Position numbers and translations under genes: made by a program
The notes under the pieces: model-generated
Databases searched by the model: none
Told to the model about the DNA's origin: nothing
What the model saw: only the letters and a program-made list of their open reading frames with translations
Assembly: GCA_964618995.1 (NCBI GenBank)
Contig: CAZUBQ010000002.1
Coordinates: 25,352 to 89,351 of the forward strand
Source of the DNA: an uncultured Candidatus Poseidoniales archaeon
Lineage (GTDB): Archaea; Thermoplasmatota; Poseidoniia; Poseidoniales; Thalassarchaeaceae
DNA: 64,000 bases
Reading direction: 5' to 3'
Shown: positions 47,131-56,699 of the stretch, piece by piece
Position numbering within the stretch: the stretch's first letter is position 1
How the letters are laid out: each line of letters starts with the position of its first letter

Positions 47131-48399
47131 TTACAGCGCACGGTGTCCGATATCCCTGCGGTAATGCGAGCCCTCTAACTCGATGCCTGCGAGCAGGTCG
47201 TAGGCGGCATCGCGCGCCCCTTCGAGGCTGGAGGCGATTCCTGTGCTGGCGAGTACTCTTCCCCCTGACGCCACCAGCCGTCCCTGATTATCGTGGCCCG
47301 TACCTGCATGATGCACCAACGCGCTGCTTCCGGCGTCGACCAACACTTCAGAGGCAAGTGAGATTGGGAGTCCTGTTCGCGGAGGACCGGGGTACCCTTG
47401 GGCGGCGAGCACCACTGTCAGCGCGTGAGAATCAGAGAACTCGGGAGTCATATCAGCCACCCTTCCTTCCGCGACCGAGAGTAACAACTGGTAAAGATCG
47501 CTGGAGATGAGCGGAATCGTCACCTGCGTCTCCGGGTCGCCGAAGCGGACGTTGTACTCCACCACGTACGGGTCATCATCGTCATCGATCATCAGTCCGA
47601 CGTAGAGGCATCCGCGATACGGGGTCTCCTGTGTTGAGAGCCATGCATGCATGGGCTCCACAATCCGCTCGAACACCTTGTCGCGCACTGCATCCGTCAC
47701 CACTGGAGCGGGAGCGTAGGCACCCATCCCCCCGGTGTTCGGCCCGCTGTCGCCTTCACCCACTCGCTTGTGGTCCTGGCTGGATGGCAGGGCGACCCAA
47801 CCAGATTCATCGAGCATCACGAGCATACTCGCCTCCTCGCCCGTGAGGAACTCTTCGAGCAGCACGAACGAGTCCGCGGCTATGGCTGATGAAATCGCCT
47901 CGCGGGCGACGTCACGCTCATCAGTCACAGTCACCCCTTTCCCGCCGGCGAGAACATCCCGCTTCACAACCCACGGAGATTGGAAACTGTCCAGAGCGTC
48001 TTCTATCTGGCCGGCATCGTCGATGACCACCACGCCCCCTGTGGGTACTCCATTCAGCTGCATCACCTGTTTGGCGTGCAACTTGCTCCCCTCGAGTTCT
48101 GCACCGGCGGAGTGGGGACCGAAGCAAGGGATGTCCTTCGTTCTCAACAGATCGGCAAGGCCGGCGACCAGAGGGCCTTCGGGGCCGACCACGACAAGGT
48201 CGCAGTCGAGTTCCACGGCCAACTCTACCAGCCCCTCGACATCGCTGTCCAGAAGCGCATGGTTGCTCGCCATGGAGGCGGTGCCAGCGTTGCCCGGAGC
48301 GACGTGCACCTCAGCCACCGATGGTGATGCGGCTAGACCGATGGCGAGCGCATGCTCACGCCCCCCCCCTCCTACGACGAGGACCGTTGCGGCAGGCAT
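47131..48399 (-). CDS. purD: Phosphoribosylamine-glycine ligase
   Basis: VGGGGREHA, APGNAG, VGPE.PL..G, LEGSK, QDHKR..EGD.GPNTGGMGAY, RFGDPE, GGRVL, YRRDIG. Confidence 0.98.
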   Translation of the reverse strand: MPAATVLVVGGGGREHALAIGLAASPSVAEVHVAPGNAGTASMASNHALLDSDVEGLVELAVELDCDLVVVGPEGPLVAGLADLLRTKDIPCFGPHSAGAELEGSKLHAKQVMQLNGVPTGGVVVIDDAGQIEDALDSFQSPWVVKRDVLAGGKGVTVTDERDVAREAISSAIAADSFVLLEEFLTGEEASMLVMLDESGWVALPSSQDHKRVGEGDSGPNTGGMGAYAPAPVVTDAVRDKVFERIVEPMHAWLSTQETPYRGCLYVGLMIDDDDDPYVVEYNVRFGDPETQVTIPLISSDLYQLLLSVAEGRVADMTPEFSDSHALTVVLAAQGYPGPPRTGLPISLASEVLVDAGSSALVHHAGTGHDNQGRLVASGGRVLASTGIASSLEGARDAAYDLLAGIELEGSHYRRDIGHRAL

Positions 48400-48442
48400 T
48401 ATGCGGTATCGGAACCCAAGAGGTCATAGGGTTTCCCAAGCA

Positions 48443-49126
48443 TCAATATGGAACTGACTTGAGTCCCAACCTGTATCCTAGGATATTGAATGCGCGATGG
48501 ATCAGAGGGGTCGCTATCAGCAATATCCCCATGCCCATCAGCAATTCTGAACTGCTGACTATTGATGGAGCGAGACATACCTGTCCGAACAGAAAGGCGA
48601 AGATTGCAAACGGCAATGTGTCCAGCAACGGGGCCTGGCTCGAAACATCGCCTTCGCGCTTCAACCCGCGCCGCCGCTTGGCGAACGACCCGACCGAGTC
48701 GCCGACCATGCACCCGAACCCTAGAACACATCCAAGAATGAATGCAGCTCCGAGATCGCCGCCGATCCAGAACCACGCCTCCTCCACAGATACACTGGAA
48801 GTTCCGTAAGTCGCCAACGGATCAAGGAACGGGGCTGAGCTGATTTGGTTGCCAACGGCGATACTGTGGGTAAGCATTCCCAGAAGACCACCCCCCACTG
48901 TTCCCCCGATGAATCCGTTCCACGTCTTGCCGTCCCCCAGTATCCGGTTTCCATCGGACAGCACCTTCCCACCATCCATCGGAATAACCCGCATCCCTGT
49001 AAATTCAGGAATCCACTTCCCGCCGAACATCGCCGCAGTGTTCGACAGATATCCCGGCAGGTAAAGCCACAGAACCAGCAGGGGGGCGAGGACGAAATTG
49101 TCCCATGGAAGAACGGAGGACGACAT
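48443..49126 (-). CDS. carS: CDP-archaeol synthase
   Basis: LPGYLSN, PMDGG....DG.RILGDGKTW.G, GD..GSF.KRR, P.LD, H...N..GY.LG.K.VPY. Confidence 0.93.
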   Translation of the reverse strand: MSSSVLPWDNFVLAPLLVLWLYLPGYLSNTAAMFGGKWIPEFTGMRVIPMDGGKVLSDGNRILGDGKTWNGFIGGTVGGGLLGMLTHSIAVGNQISSAPFLDPLATYGTSSVSVEEAWFWIGGDLGAAFILGCVLGFGCMVGDSVGSFAKRRRGLKREGDVSSQAPLLDTLPFAIFAFLFGQVCLAPSIVSSSELLMGMGILLIATPLIHRAFNILGYRLGLKSVPY

Positions 49127-49211
49127 CAACCGGGGCACCCCCACGAGGCGATTGAACCTTCGTACAGCGTGCGGCGGCGAATTGATGGTGCGAGTCTATA
49201 TCGGAGGGGCA

Positions 49212-50933
49212 ATGAACCCGAAGACCAGCCCCCTGATCATCTGCCTGCTGATGCTCTCAATGCTCTGTTTACCCGCCCCTCCAGCGGAGGCGACCGGACC
49301 GCCCGGCGGAAGCGATGCGATCAACATCACCGAAGACACGACATGGGACGAAGCCGGCAGCATCGACCAGCAACTGACCATCTCCGCCGGCGCGACACTC
49401 ACCATCTCCAGCGACATCCAGGTCGGACCAGCCACGAACATCGTGGTCTCAGGTACGCTCGACCTCGACGGCGGCTCACTCGTAGCTACCGACCCACCCT
49501 CCGACCTGCAGTGGTGGAACGCGGGAGAAGCCTCCACCCTATGGCTGCCGACGGATGAGGTCAGCGGCAGCGGCGCGATCATCATCATCAGCGCTGCGGG
49601 TTACAACCTGTCTGGTTTCACGGTGGCATGGGGGGACGGAGCCTCCGAGCAGATGGACGGAGAGCAGCACGAGATTACCCTCAACTCGTTCCCGAACGAC
49701 GGAGACTGGCTCACATTCGAGATGGAGATCGGCAGTTGGGGTGAACTGGTGCTGGACAGGATCGAGATCAGGACCGCTTCCACCATCCCGTTCGAAGCGG
49801 CGGATCTCGACGGGTCGGGTTGGGTGCTGCGTGGTGATTTCGGATTCTCTCTCGGCGTCGCCGACGGGGGGTCCCTAAGCGCCACCGATGCGGAGATCAT
49901 GGGGGCTGATGTCCTGATCAGTGGCACCGCAGTGGGACAGAATAGTTGGTTCAAGCGCTCGGGACCAGTGAATGTGATGGGTGCACAGTCCTCTCTGACT
50001 TGGAACGGAGGGGGTTTCGACAGCACACTCGATGACCATGACGTGCGCGCGGACGGTGTGGCCGCGCTCTCCTTCACAGGCGTGACCGACAGTGGAGGAT
50101 TCGTCGACCTGTGGGAGAGACAGATTCCAGCACAGGTTCTCCATTTCCCTGGAAGTGGGGCTCAATTCACTTTGAATGGGGTCGGACCGAATGCACGTAC
50201 CATCCCCGGCATCAGCACGGCGGAGGGCATATCCAACGTACCCGGAGATGATGGCCCGACCACTCGTGTCGTGGAGATAGGTCAGTCCGACGGCACGGTC
50301 TGGACCGAGAGCGCCACGATTGACAGCATCTCCTGGTTCACCGCATGGGGGACGTACACGAGTGATGGGATTCCACTGACTCACTCATCCGACGTGGTAG
50401 TCGATTTCCCGCTGCCATCGGTATCCATCTCGCAGGTGGAGATCGAGGATGCAGCACCCACAATCGGAAGGAGGGCATCGGTCACAGTCACACTGGAGAA
50501 TACTGGTGAGGTCCCAGCCAACGTTCCCATCGAGTGCTATGATGGAGCCGAGCGAGCGGACATCTCCCCTACATACCCGAGCGCCACGGTCGGTGCTGAC
50601 TCGGAGGCGGATATCGACCTGAAATGGGGCCATACAGGAACTGGTAATTCCACCCTGACCTGCTCTCCGATGTTGCCCACGCAACTCACCCGCGACGGTG
50701 CCTTCGGTGGCGGCTCAGGTGATTCGACCGTGGTCGTTTGGGAGGTGCAGCAGGAAACGGGGATGGACCCGATTGTGATCGCACTGATCGTCGCACTCGT
50801 TGTAGGAGTACTGCTCGTTGCCGGGTTCGCCAGCATGCAGGCTCGCGAGAGCATGGTGAAGGCCGAGGAACCTGATGACATCGAACTCGTCGAACTCGAC
50901 GATGAGCTGGAAGAACTCGATGACGACGACTGA
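49212..50933 (+). CDS. Secreted protein with CARDB-like domain, C-terminal TM and acidic tail
   Basis: Signal peptide; LTISAGATLTI beta-helix-like start; VTVTLENTGE; TM; ELDDELEELDDDD. Confidence 0.75.
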   Translation: MNPKTSPLIICLLMLSMLCLPAPPAEATGPPGGSDAINITEDTTWDEAGSIDQQLTISAGATLTISSDIQVGPATNIVVSGTLDLDGGSLVATDPPSDLQWWNAGEASTLWLPTDEVSGSGAIIIISAAGYNLSGFTVAWGDGASEQMDGEQHEITLNSFPNDGDWLTFEMEIGSWGELVLDRIEIRTASTIPFEAADLDGSGWVLRGDFGFSLGVADGGSLSATDAEIMGADVLISGTAVGQNSWFKRSGPVNVMGAQSSLTWNGGGFDSTLDDHDVRADGVAALSFTGVTDSGGFVDLWERQIPAQVLHFPGSGAQFTLNGVGPNARTIPGISTAEGISNVPGDDGPTTRVVEIGQSDGTVWTESATIDSISWFTAWGTYTSDGIPLTHSSDVVVDFPLPSVSISQVEIEDAAPTIGRRASVTVTLENTGEVPANVPIECYDGAERADISPTYPSATVGADSEADIDLKWGHTGTGNSTLTCSPMLPTQLTRDGAFGGGSGDSTVVVWEVQQETGMDPIVIALIVALVVGVLLVAGFASMQARESMVKAEEPDDIELVELDDELEELDDDD

Positions 50934-52097
50934 TTAGCAAGCCTCAGTCGGCTTGTAGGGCTCACCTGTTTGAGGGCCTTCGCCATCGGGGTCCGATGTG
51001 TCACGCTCCTCGTTGTAGTCCCATGAAAACTGGTACCCTTGACTGGCTGTGCCACTGAACACTTCTCCGAATGGAGTATCATGGGTTACCGTGATCTCGA
51101 TGGTGTAGCACCCATCACCATCGTAGAAGTCGGCTCGTGGGATGTAGTTCTGCATCACACCGAAGCCATCCAACTTCTCGCCATCACCGTCGAGATCGAG
51201 CCATGCGCTCTCGACCAGACCACCACCCCCAGTCCAAGTGGCGGTTGAGCCATCAACTGTGACGGTTGGGAAAACGAAGACTTCTGAACCTTCGAAGTCG
51301 ATCGTCGCTTCGATGGTGTAGTCCGAGTTGACGTGGAGCATCATGCCGGTTGTGTTGCTGGTCACCGGGTCCTCCACGCCCGCGCCTACGCGCAGCGACG
51401 CGCCGAGGTGATCGAGGCCGTTCTTCGGGCACTCACCTGTTTCCTCATCACAGGTGGTTGCTTCCGTCAGAGTGGAAAGTTCTCCGTCGACCGCGGTGAT
51501 GGTGCGATCCATGATTTCCGGAGATATCGGGTAAGCGCTGGCAACCGAGCCGCCCTGCGTCACCTCGATTGTATAGTCGATATCGGTCAGATCGCTGGCG
51601 GCCGCACGGGAATTGCCTTGGTAGAAATCGCTGAACGGAATCTCGTACCATGACAGTTTGTTCTTCGGCGTGAACGAACCGTTGTACGCCACGACCTCTC
51701 CATATGTGATTCTCACCTCTAGTGGGTCGTCAGGCGTACCCCCAAGCATCGGTGTGCCGATGAACATCTGCACTCGCAGCACATCGTCCGACTCATCGAC
51801 CTCGACGGCGGACACTGAGATCGAGTACTCCCCCAAACTGAACCCCATAGCCATCTGGGCGGCGATGAACACAATCAGCAGAACAACGAGGCCTGCAGCG
51901 ATGCCTTTCTTGGCATTCGATGAGAGAAAGGACGATTCTTGACCAGTACTCCTTGACGAATCCGCGCGAGCCAGCAGTCCACCCGAATCGACGACTTGTG
52001 TCGCTTCCTCGACATCAGCGTCATCGTTTACGTCGGGAGCGACTACATCCTCGTCATCTTGGATGTCCTTTGCCTTCTCGAGCAATCCCCCAGACAC
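50934..52097 (-). CDS. Type II membrane protein of unknown function
   Basis: GTG with GAGGTG SD; GGLL motif twice in the N-terminal segment; one TM; acidic external domain. Confidence 0.72.
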   Translation of the reverse strand: MSGGLLEKAKDIQDDEDVVAPDVNDDADVEEATQVVDSGGLLARADSSRSTGQESSFLSSNAKKGIAAGLVVLLIVFIAAQMAMGFSLGEYSISVSAVEVDESDDVLRVQMFIGTPMLGGTPDDPLEVRITYGEVVAYNGSFTPKNKLSWYEIPFSDFYQGNSRAAASDLTDIDYTIEVTQGGSVASAYPISPEIMDRTITAVDGELSTLTEATTCDEETGECPKNGLDHLGASLRVGAGVEDPVTSNTTGMMLHVNSDYTIEATIDFEGSEVFVFPTVTVDGSTATWTGGGGLVESAWLDLDGDGEKLDGFGVMQNYIPRADFYDGDGCYTIEITVTHDTPFGEVFSGTASQGYQFSWDYNEERDTSDPDGEGPQTGEPYKPTEAC

Positions 52098-52203
52098 AGT
52101 CCCACCTCAGTCAATATGTAATGCCACTCAACAGGTTATCAACCCGTTGGCGAACAGCATTAGCCTCGCACAGCAGTTCTCGATGGGCGCGAGAGAAGAC
52201 TCG

Positions 52204-53151
52204 TCACAGTAACGGTTCGGGCGGTTCCGCCCCAATGAACTCAGTATAATCCTCTTCCACACGGCGACGATGGAGGACAGCAGCACCCAAGGCGAGCATC
52301 GTCATCCCTGGAATGACCTCGAATCCAGGAAGGTAGACACCGCGCACGTAGAGCGTCACCATCTGCGTCTGGTAGTTGGCCACACCTTCTGTGCGTACCG
52401 AGAACTCACTGGTCGCCTTGAACTGCAACTGGTAGTAGTGGTCCGACCAGCCCTGCTTCTTCGGGGTGCGGATCATCACGCGCATCTTGTCCGGAGGGGC
52501 CTGAGGCTCAATCTCGGTGCTGATTGCAGGAAGTGTGATCTGGAAGTCGGCGTCCTCGAGGACGTCGCGGTTGGCAATCTCGATGTTGAAGCGGTCGTAG
52601 GCGTTACCGTCGTTGTAGACCTTGAACTCGAAGATGTAGTCGACCTTCGGCCTGAGTTGCTTGAATGGTTCCTCGGCCTCGACACGCAGTCGGCTGTACT
52701 GCATGATGGTCACGAGCGCGTTCACGGTGTTCGAAGTGCAGGACGGGCAGGCGACGCCGTTAGCGGTGTCCACGGTCGCTGAGACGGTCACGGTACGGCT
52801 TCCTTCCGCCATTCGGTCATCTCCGCGAACGACCACCTCGAACACGGCGTCGTCATATGCTCCGACGATCACCGAACCGGGTGCGGCGAACGAAAGTCCA
52901 CCTGCTGTGACTTGGATACGCACCTTCTCGGTGTACTGTGTCGGGTTGGTAGCGGTACAGAAGGTGGTGCCGACTCGCGTGGCTCCGGGGTAGACATCAA
53001 CAGGAATCGAGGCTGGCGAGCAAGCTACGTTGATCTCTGGGTTCGGGGAAATCCCCTGAGCCGAGACTGAGCCAGCAGCACCAGCCCACAAGCCCAGGAC
53101 ATACACAAGCATGAGGAGGGACATCCTCCGAACAGCACTTCGATTCATCAT
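52204..53151 (-). CDS. Choice-of-anchor-T-like surface protein with PGF-CTERM-like sorting signal
   Basis: Signal peptide; C.P..I.V.V.PG...G...CT..N; CPSC; N.GN..D; C-terminal LPGFE, TM, RRR. Confidence 0.75.
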   Translation of the reverse strand: MMNRSAVRRMSLLMLVYVLGLWAGAAGSVSAQGISPNPEINVACSPASIPVDVYPGATRVGTTFCTATNPTQYTEKVRIQVTAGGLSFAAPGSVIVGAYDDAVFEVVVRGDDRMAEGSRTVTVSATVDTANGVACPSCTSNTVNALVTIMQYSRLRVEAEEPFKQLRPKVDYIFEFKVYNDGNAYDRFNIEIANRDVLEDADFQITLPAISTEIEPQAPPDKMRVMIRTPKKQGWSDHYYQLQFKATSEFSVRTEGVANYQTQMVTLYVRGVYLPGFEVIPGMTMLALGAAVLHRRRVEEDYTEFIGAEPPEPLL

Positions 53152-53259
53152 CTGTCACCTATGGTGAACGGTCGCCGAAAGACTCCTATAAGGATTCGGG
53201 GACAATGCCCGGCTTCGACGTGCTACGCACGTGTTTCCGCCATATACGAGGGCGTCGGT

Positions 53260-54300
53260 CTAGAAATCGTCTAAGTCGAGGTCATCGAGATCCAGGTCAT
53301 CATATTCATCGTCATCGAAATCGAGATCGTCGTCGTCGAAATCGAAGTCATCGGCCGCCAGGGAGCGCCGGTTGGATACCAGTTTGACCACGACGACGAT
53401 TGCACCCACGACAGCCAACAGCAGGAGAATGCCAGCCACTGAGACAGCCCACGTTGGCACACCCGCCACCGAAAGAATGAGTTCCTGCTTGGCGACGGTC
53501 TCCAGCCGGAACACATCGTTGATCGTCCACGAGTTTCCTTCATCCACGCTGTGTTGGCTGGTTGCGGTGATCTCGACCTCGAAGATGCCGTCACCCACGT
53601 CATCCGTGGTCGTCACGGTCAGCGTTACATCGGCAGTGGCATCCGCCTCCAATTCAAACGATGAAGAACTGAAGGAGAACTGTACTCCGAACTGTTCCAA
53701 ACCACTCCTATTCACGATATCAAGGTTGATGGTGTCCTTGTCGTTACCCTCGTTCTGCACCTTGAACACTATCTCTCCAGACTGACCCGCGTCGAGCAGT
53801 AACTCCTGCGGATTTATGACCAGCCCCGGCCTTCCGAATTGCTGTATGGCCACAGTTACTCGGAAAGTCTCCTCGGTACAGGTCGGACATGCAATCCCAC
53901 CAGTGATCGTTTGGACGATGGCGTTGATGTCCGATTGGATGTTATTCGCGGGGTCCCCCAACTCAGCGCGATAGACCACCTGGAAGGTCGCGTCACCATT
54001 GGGTGGAACATCGACTTGCTCTGGAGCGGCATACACCAAATCGACCACATCGACTGTGATGTTCACCTCTTCTTGGTAGATGGAGTCGTTTGTCAGGGTA
54101 CACGTTGTGGTTCCCGTGGCAGGGCTGCCTGGAGCCACCTCGACGGATACCTCAACTGGAGTGCACTCTATTTCCACGCCAGGCGAGAGTTGTTGAGCCT
54201 GTGCAGCCGGGATGGTCCCCAAGAGCAAGAGCAGAGAAAGCAAGGTGAACACCCATGTGTGCTCACGCCGAGGAACTGTTGCAATGCTTGACTGCACCAC
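53260..54300 (-). CDS. Choice-of-anchor-T-like paralog with TM and Asp-rich tail
   Basis: Same C.P....V.V.PG...G...CT..N, CPTC and NEGN..D motifs as its neighbour. Confidence 0.72.
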   Translation of the reverse strand: MVQSSIATVPRREHTWVFTLLSLLLLLGTIPAAQAQQLSPGVEIECTPVEVSVEVAPGSPATGTTTCTLTNDSIYQEEVNITVDVVDLVYAAPEQVDVPPNGDATFQVVYRAELGDPANNIQSDINAIVQTITGGIACPTCTEETFRVTVAIQQFGRPGLVINPQELLLDAGQSGEIVFKVQNEGNDKDTINLDIVNRSGLEQFGVQFSFSSSSFELEADATADVTLTVTTTDDVGDGIFEVEITATSQHSVDEGNSWTINDVFRLETVAKQELILSVAGVPTWAVSVAGILLLLAVVGAIVVVVKLVSNRRSLAADDFDFDDDDLDFDDDEYDDLDLDDLDLDDF

Positions 54301-54393
54301 GTTTTCCTGCCCATCCGTGGTTTATCAGCGTATGTGGACGAGGTGCCTGTGCCCGCCCAATCTTCATGTGCGGGGGCCGAGAGCGGCAGGGGA

Positions 54394-54468
54394 GGGCCCG
54401 TAGCTTAGTCTGGTTAGAGCGCCCGGCTCATAACCGGGTGATCATCGGTTCAAATCCGGTCGGGCCCA
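54394..54468 (+). tRNA. tRNA with CAT anticodon, most likely tRNA-Ile2 (agmatidine type); no intron, CCA not encoded
   Basis: Acceptor GGGCCCG/CGGGCCC plus A; D arm GCTT..GAGC; anticodon stem CCCGG/CCGGG with loop CTCATAA; TTCAAAT T loop; lacks the initiator A1:U72 pair. Confidence 0.93.
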
Positions 54469-54470
54469 CA

Positions 54471-55721
54471 TCACTGCTCGATCAGTTGCGCCGCGAGTTG
54501 CTCCGCTTCGGCACGAATTGATTCGGGAACGAAGTACATCGTGCTGCTGAATTCTCCGGAGATGGACTTGATCATAGCCGATGATACGAGAATATCGCTG
54601 CCGTCTTCGAGTTGTATTCCGCCGACATACGGCAGGTATCCTTCCTTGCGCATCCGTGCGTGGATGAGGTCGTGCTGCGCATCGAATCCTGCTTCTGAAA
54701 CTAACACGGACAGCGGGTCGAGCAACTTCTCCGCCTGCTCAGGGGTGTGTTCGGGAAGTCGCACCCGCTTGTGGAATCCATCGCGGCTGGCCAGACGAGT
54801 TGCATATCCTGACAGAACTGGATCTGCGAGGTCAGCCCAAGCGAACACGTCTGAGATAACGAACGCATCCGTCAGTTGGGAATAGCGCAATGGCGTGAGT
54901 TCGCGGTTCGACAGCATGTCGCGCATTCTCAAGGACAGCGGAAGGCCCTCATGTTCGTGCAGGTGCCGCGCCCGCGCTAGGGAGCGCACGTAGTACGCTT
55001 GGGTCAGCAGATTCAGTTTGTGGAAGTAAACGAGTTGGTACATGTGCCAACGAGTGACGAGGTAGCCTTCGACCACACCTACCCTGTCCTGCCTCACGAC
55101 CAAACGCCCATCATCCGAGATGCGCAGTGAGCGCAGGATTCGGTCCAGGTCGATGCTGCCCACATCCGCTCCGGTCACGAACTGGTCGCGCTTCAGGTAG
55201 TCGAGTCGATCGACATCTAACTGGCTGGAGATGATCTCGGAGAGGAAGCGGGGCTCGACGCTGCCCCCCATGATGGCGATCAGGCGGTCCACTGAATCGC
55301 CCAGCAATTCCGTCAGAACTCCTGACAAGTCGCACTCATCGTCCTGCATCAACAGGCGACCCCATTCCTCGTGCCCGCGGAAAGTGGCGAAAACCTCGGG
55401 TGTCTCGAACATGTGCGAGAAGGGGGGGTGCCCGACATCGTGCAGCAGGGCCGCGATCGGGACCAGTCGTGCATCCTCGTCAGAGATTGCATCAGGGTAC
55501 AGTTCGCGCAGACGTCCAATCAGCCGAGTCGCCAGATGATGCGCACCCAACGAATGTGAGAACCGGGTGTGGGTAGCCGAAGGGAATGCGTAGTGACTGG
55601 TGGCGAGCTGTTGGATGTAGCGCAGCCGCTGAAAGGTGCGCGTGTCGATGATGCGGCGGACTTCTTCGCTAATCTCGATGTCACCGTGCAGCGCGTCGCG
55701 GATGATGCGCCCGTCACCCAT
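54471..55721 (-). CDS. HD-domain phosphohydrolase (SAMHD1-like dNTP triphosphohydrolase family)
   Basis: IRD.LHG, FQRLRYI.QL, HTRFSHSLG, LLHDVGH.PFSH, LDVDRLDYL.RD, MY..VYFHK. Confidence 0.9.
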   Translation of the reverse strand: MGDGRIIRDALHGDIEISEEVRRIIDTRTFQRLRYIQQLATSHYAFPSATHTRFSHSLGAHHLATRLIGRLRELYPDAISDEDARLVPIAALLHDVGHPPFSHMFETPEVFATFRGHEEWGRLLMQDDECDLSGVLTELLGDSVDRLIAIMGGSVEPRFLSEIISSQLDVDRLDYLKRDQFVTGADVGSIDLDRILRSLRISDDGRLVVRQDRVGVVEGYLVTRWHMYQLVYFHKLNLLTQAYYVRSLARARHLHEHEGLPLSLRMRDMLSNRELTPLRYSQLTDAFVISDVFAWADLADPVLSGYATRLASRDGFHKRVRLPEHTPEQAEKLLDPLSVLVSEAGFDAQHDLIHARMRKEGYLPYVGGIQLEDGSDILVSSAMIKSISGEFSSTMYFVPESIRAEAEQLAAQLIEQ

Positions 55722-55813
55722 CACAGTGTCTCCAGCGTGTGCCGGGACCGGCGCGCTCGCTTCAATCCACCGCATTCGCCAGACGTGAGGTCTCTGCGGG
55801 AAGATTCAGTGCT

Positions 55814-56668
55814 CTAGTCGGCCTCAATCCCCGCTCGCTGTCGCAGCCACAGCCAGGTGGGGAGATTCACGGCAGCCACCGCCAGCAACCACCCCGCGAC
55901 ACACGCGCCCGCGAGGGTGAGCATGTTCGAGGACATCGGATAGAAGGCTGCGATCAACAGTGCGTACACCGAGACGGACATGGCGCCGAGCATCATCGGA
56001 CCGATTGCTCCAGTGGGAACTGCTTCACCTTGTGAAATCCATAGTGCCACCATGCTGGTGGTGAATATCGCCGGGAAGATGCTCATCAGTCCGCTCGCCA
56101 GCGTGTCCCCCGACCCGGCGAGATGGACAGCGATTCCGATTGCCAGAGAAGCAGCCAGCCCCCGCGCCACCAAGGTACCCGGCCCCACCGGATTATCTCC
56201 GGGAGGTGCAGGAACGTGCTTCCAGCAGGTGGCCACGCCGATGCTGACTCCCAGCGCCAGCGCCAGCCAACCGATGAGCAGTGAAGAGGTGCCTCGCCCG
56301 AGCAGGAAGTCCACGCCGAGCATCGCGAGCGCCGCGCAGGCCAACCAAACAGCGAGGGTGATGAAGGTGATGGCGACCAGTCGAGTGCCCAATCCCCAGC
56401 CGGGAAGCATGTCTGGAACGATGCGCCACAACCAGAGGAAGCCGGCATTCAGCAGCAACCCGACCGGAACGATGCCCATCGCACGTTGGAACTGCTCGAC
56501 ATCGCCGGCGGTGGCTACCCATATCCCCAATCCCGCAGGAACCAATGTCGAAGGCACGGTTCCCAGAACACCGCCATGAATCCCACCCCAACGCTCGATG
56601 GCAAGGGTGACCAGCACGGCCACAATTCCAGCGAACAACGCAGAGAGTAGCAGTGAGGTGCTCGGCAT
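55814..56668 (-). CDS. Multi-pass membrane protein with two-fold internal repeat (DUF3147-like)
   Basis: About 9-10 hydrophobic helices; GGVLGTVPST resembles SGLMSIFPAI; GAGGTG SD. Confidence 0.7.
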   Translation of the reverse strand: MPSTSLLLSALFAGIVAVLVTLAIERWGGIHGGVLGTVPSTLVPAGLGIWVATAGDVEQFQRAMGIVPVGLLLNAGFLWLWRIVPDMLPGWGLGTRLVAITFITLAVWLACAALAMLGVDFLLGRGTSSLLIGWLALALGVSIGVATCWKHVPAPPGDNPVGPGTLVARGLAASLAIGIAVHLAGSGDTLASGLMSIFPAIFTTSMVALWISQGEAVPTGAIGPMMLGAMSVSVYALLIAAFYPMSSNMLTLAGACVAGWLLAVAAVNLPTWLWLRQRAGIEAD

Positions 56669-56699
56669 GTTGACACCTCGCACGAACAGAAGACCTCGC

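Noticed and set aside
54394..54468. tRNA as the integration site of an island
   Set aside because: No duplicated tRNA 3' end, integrase or compositional shift seen nearby
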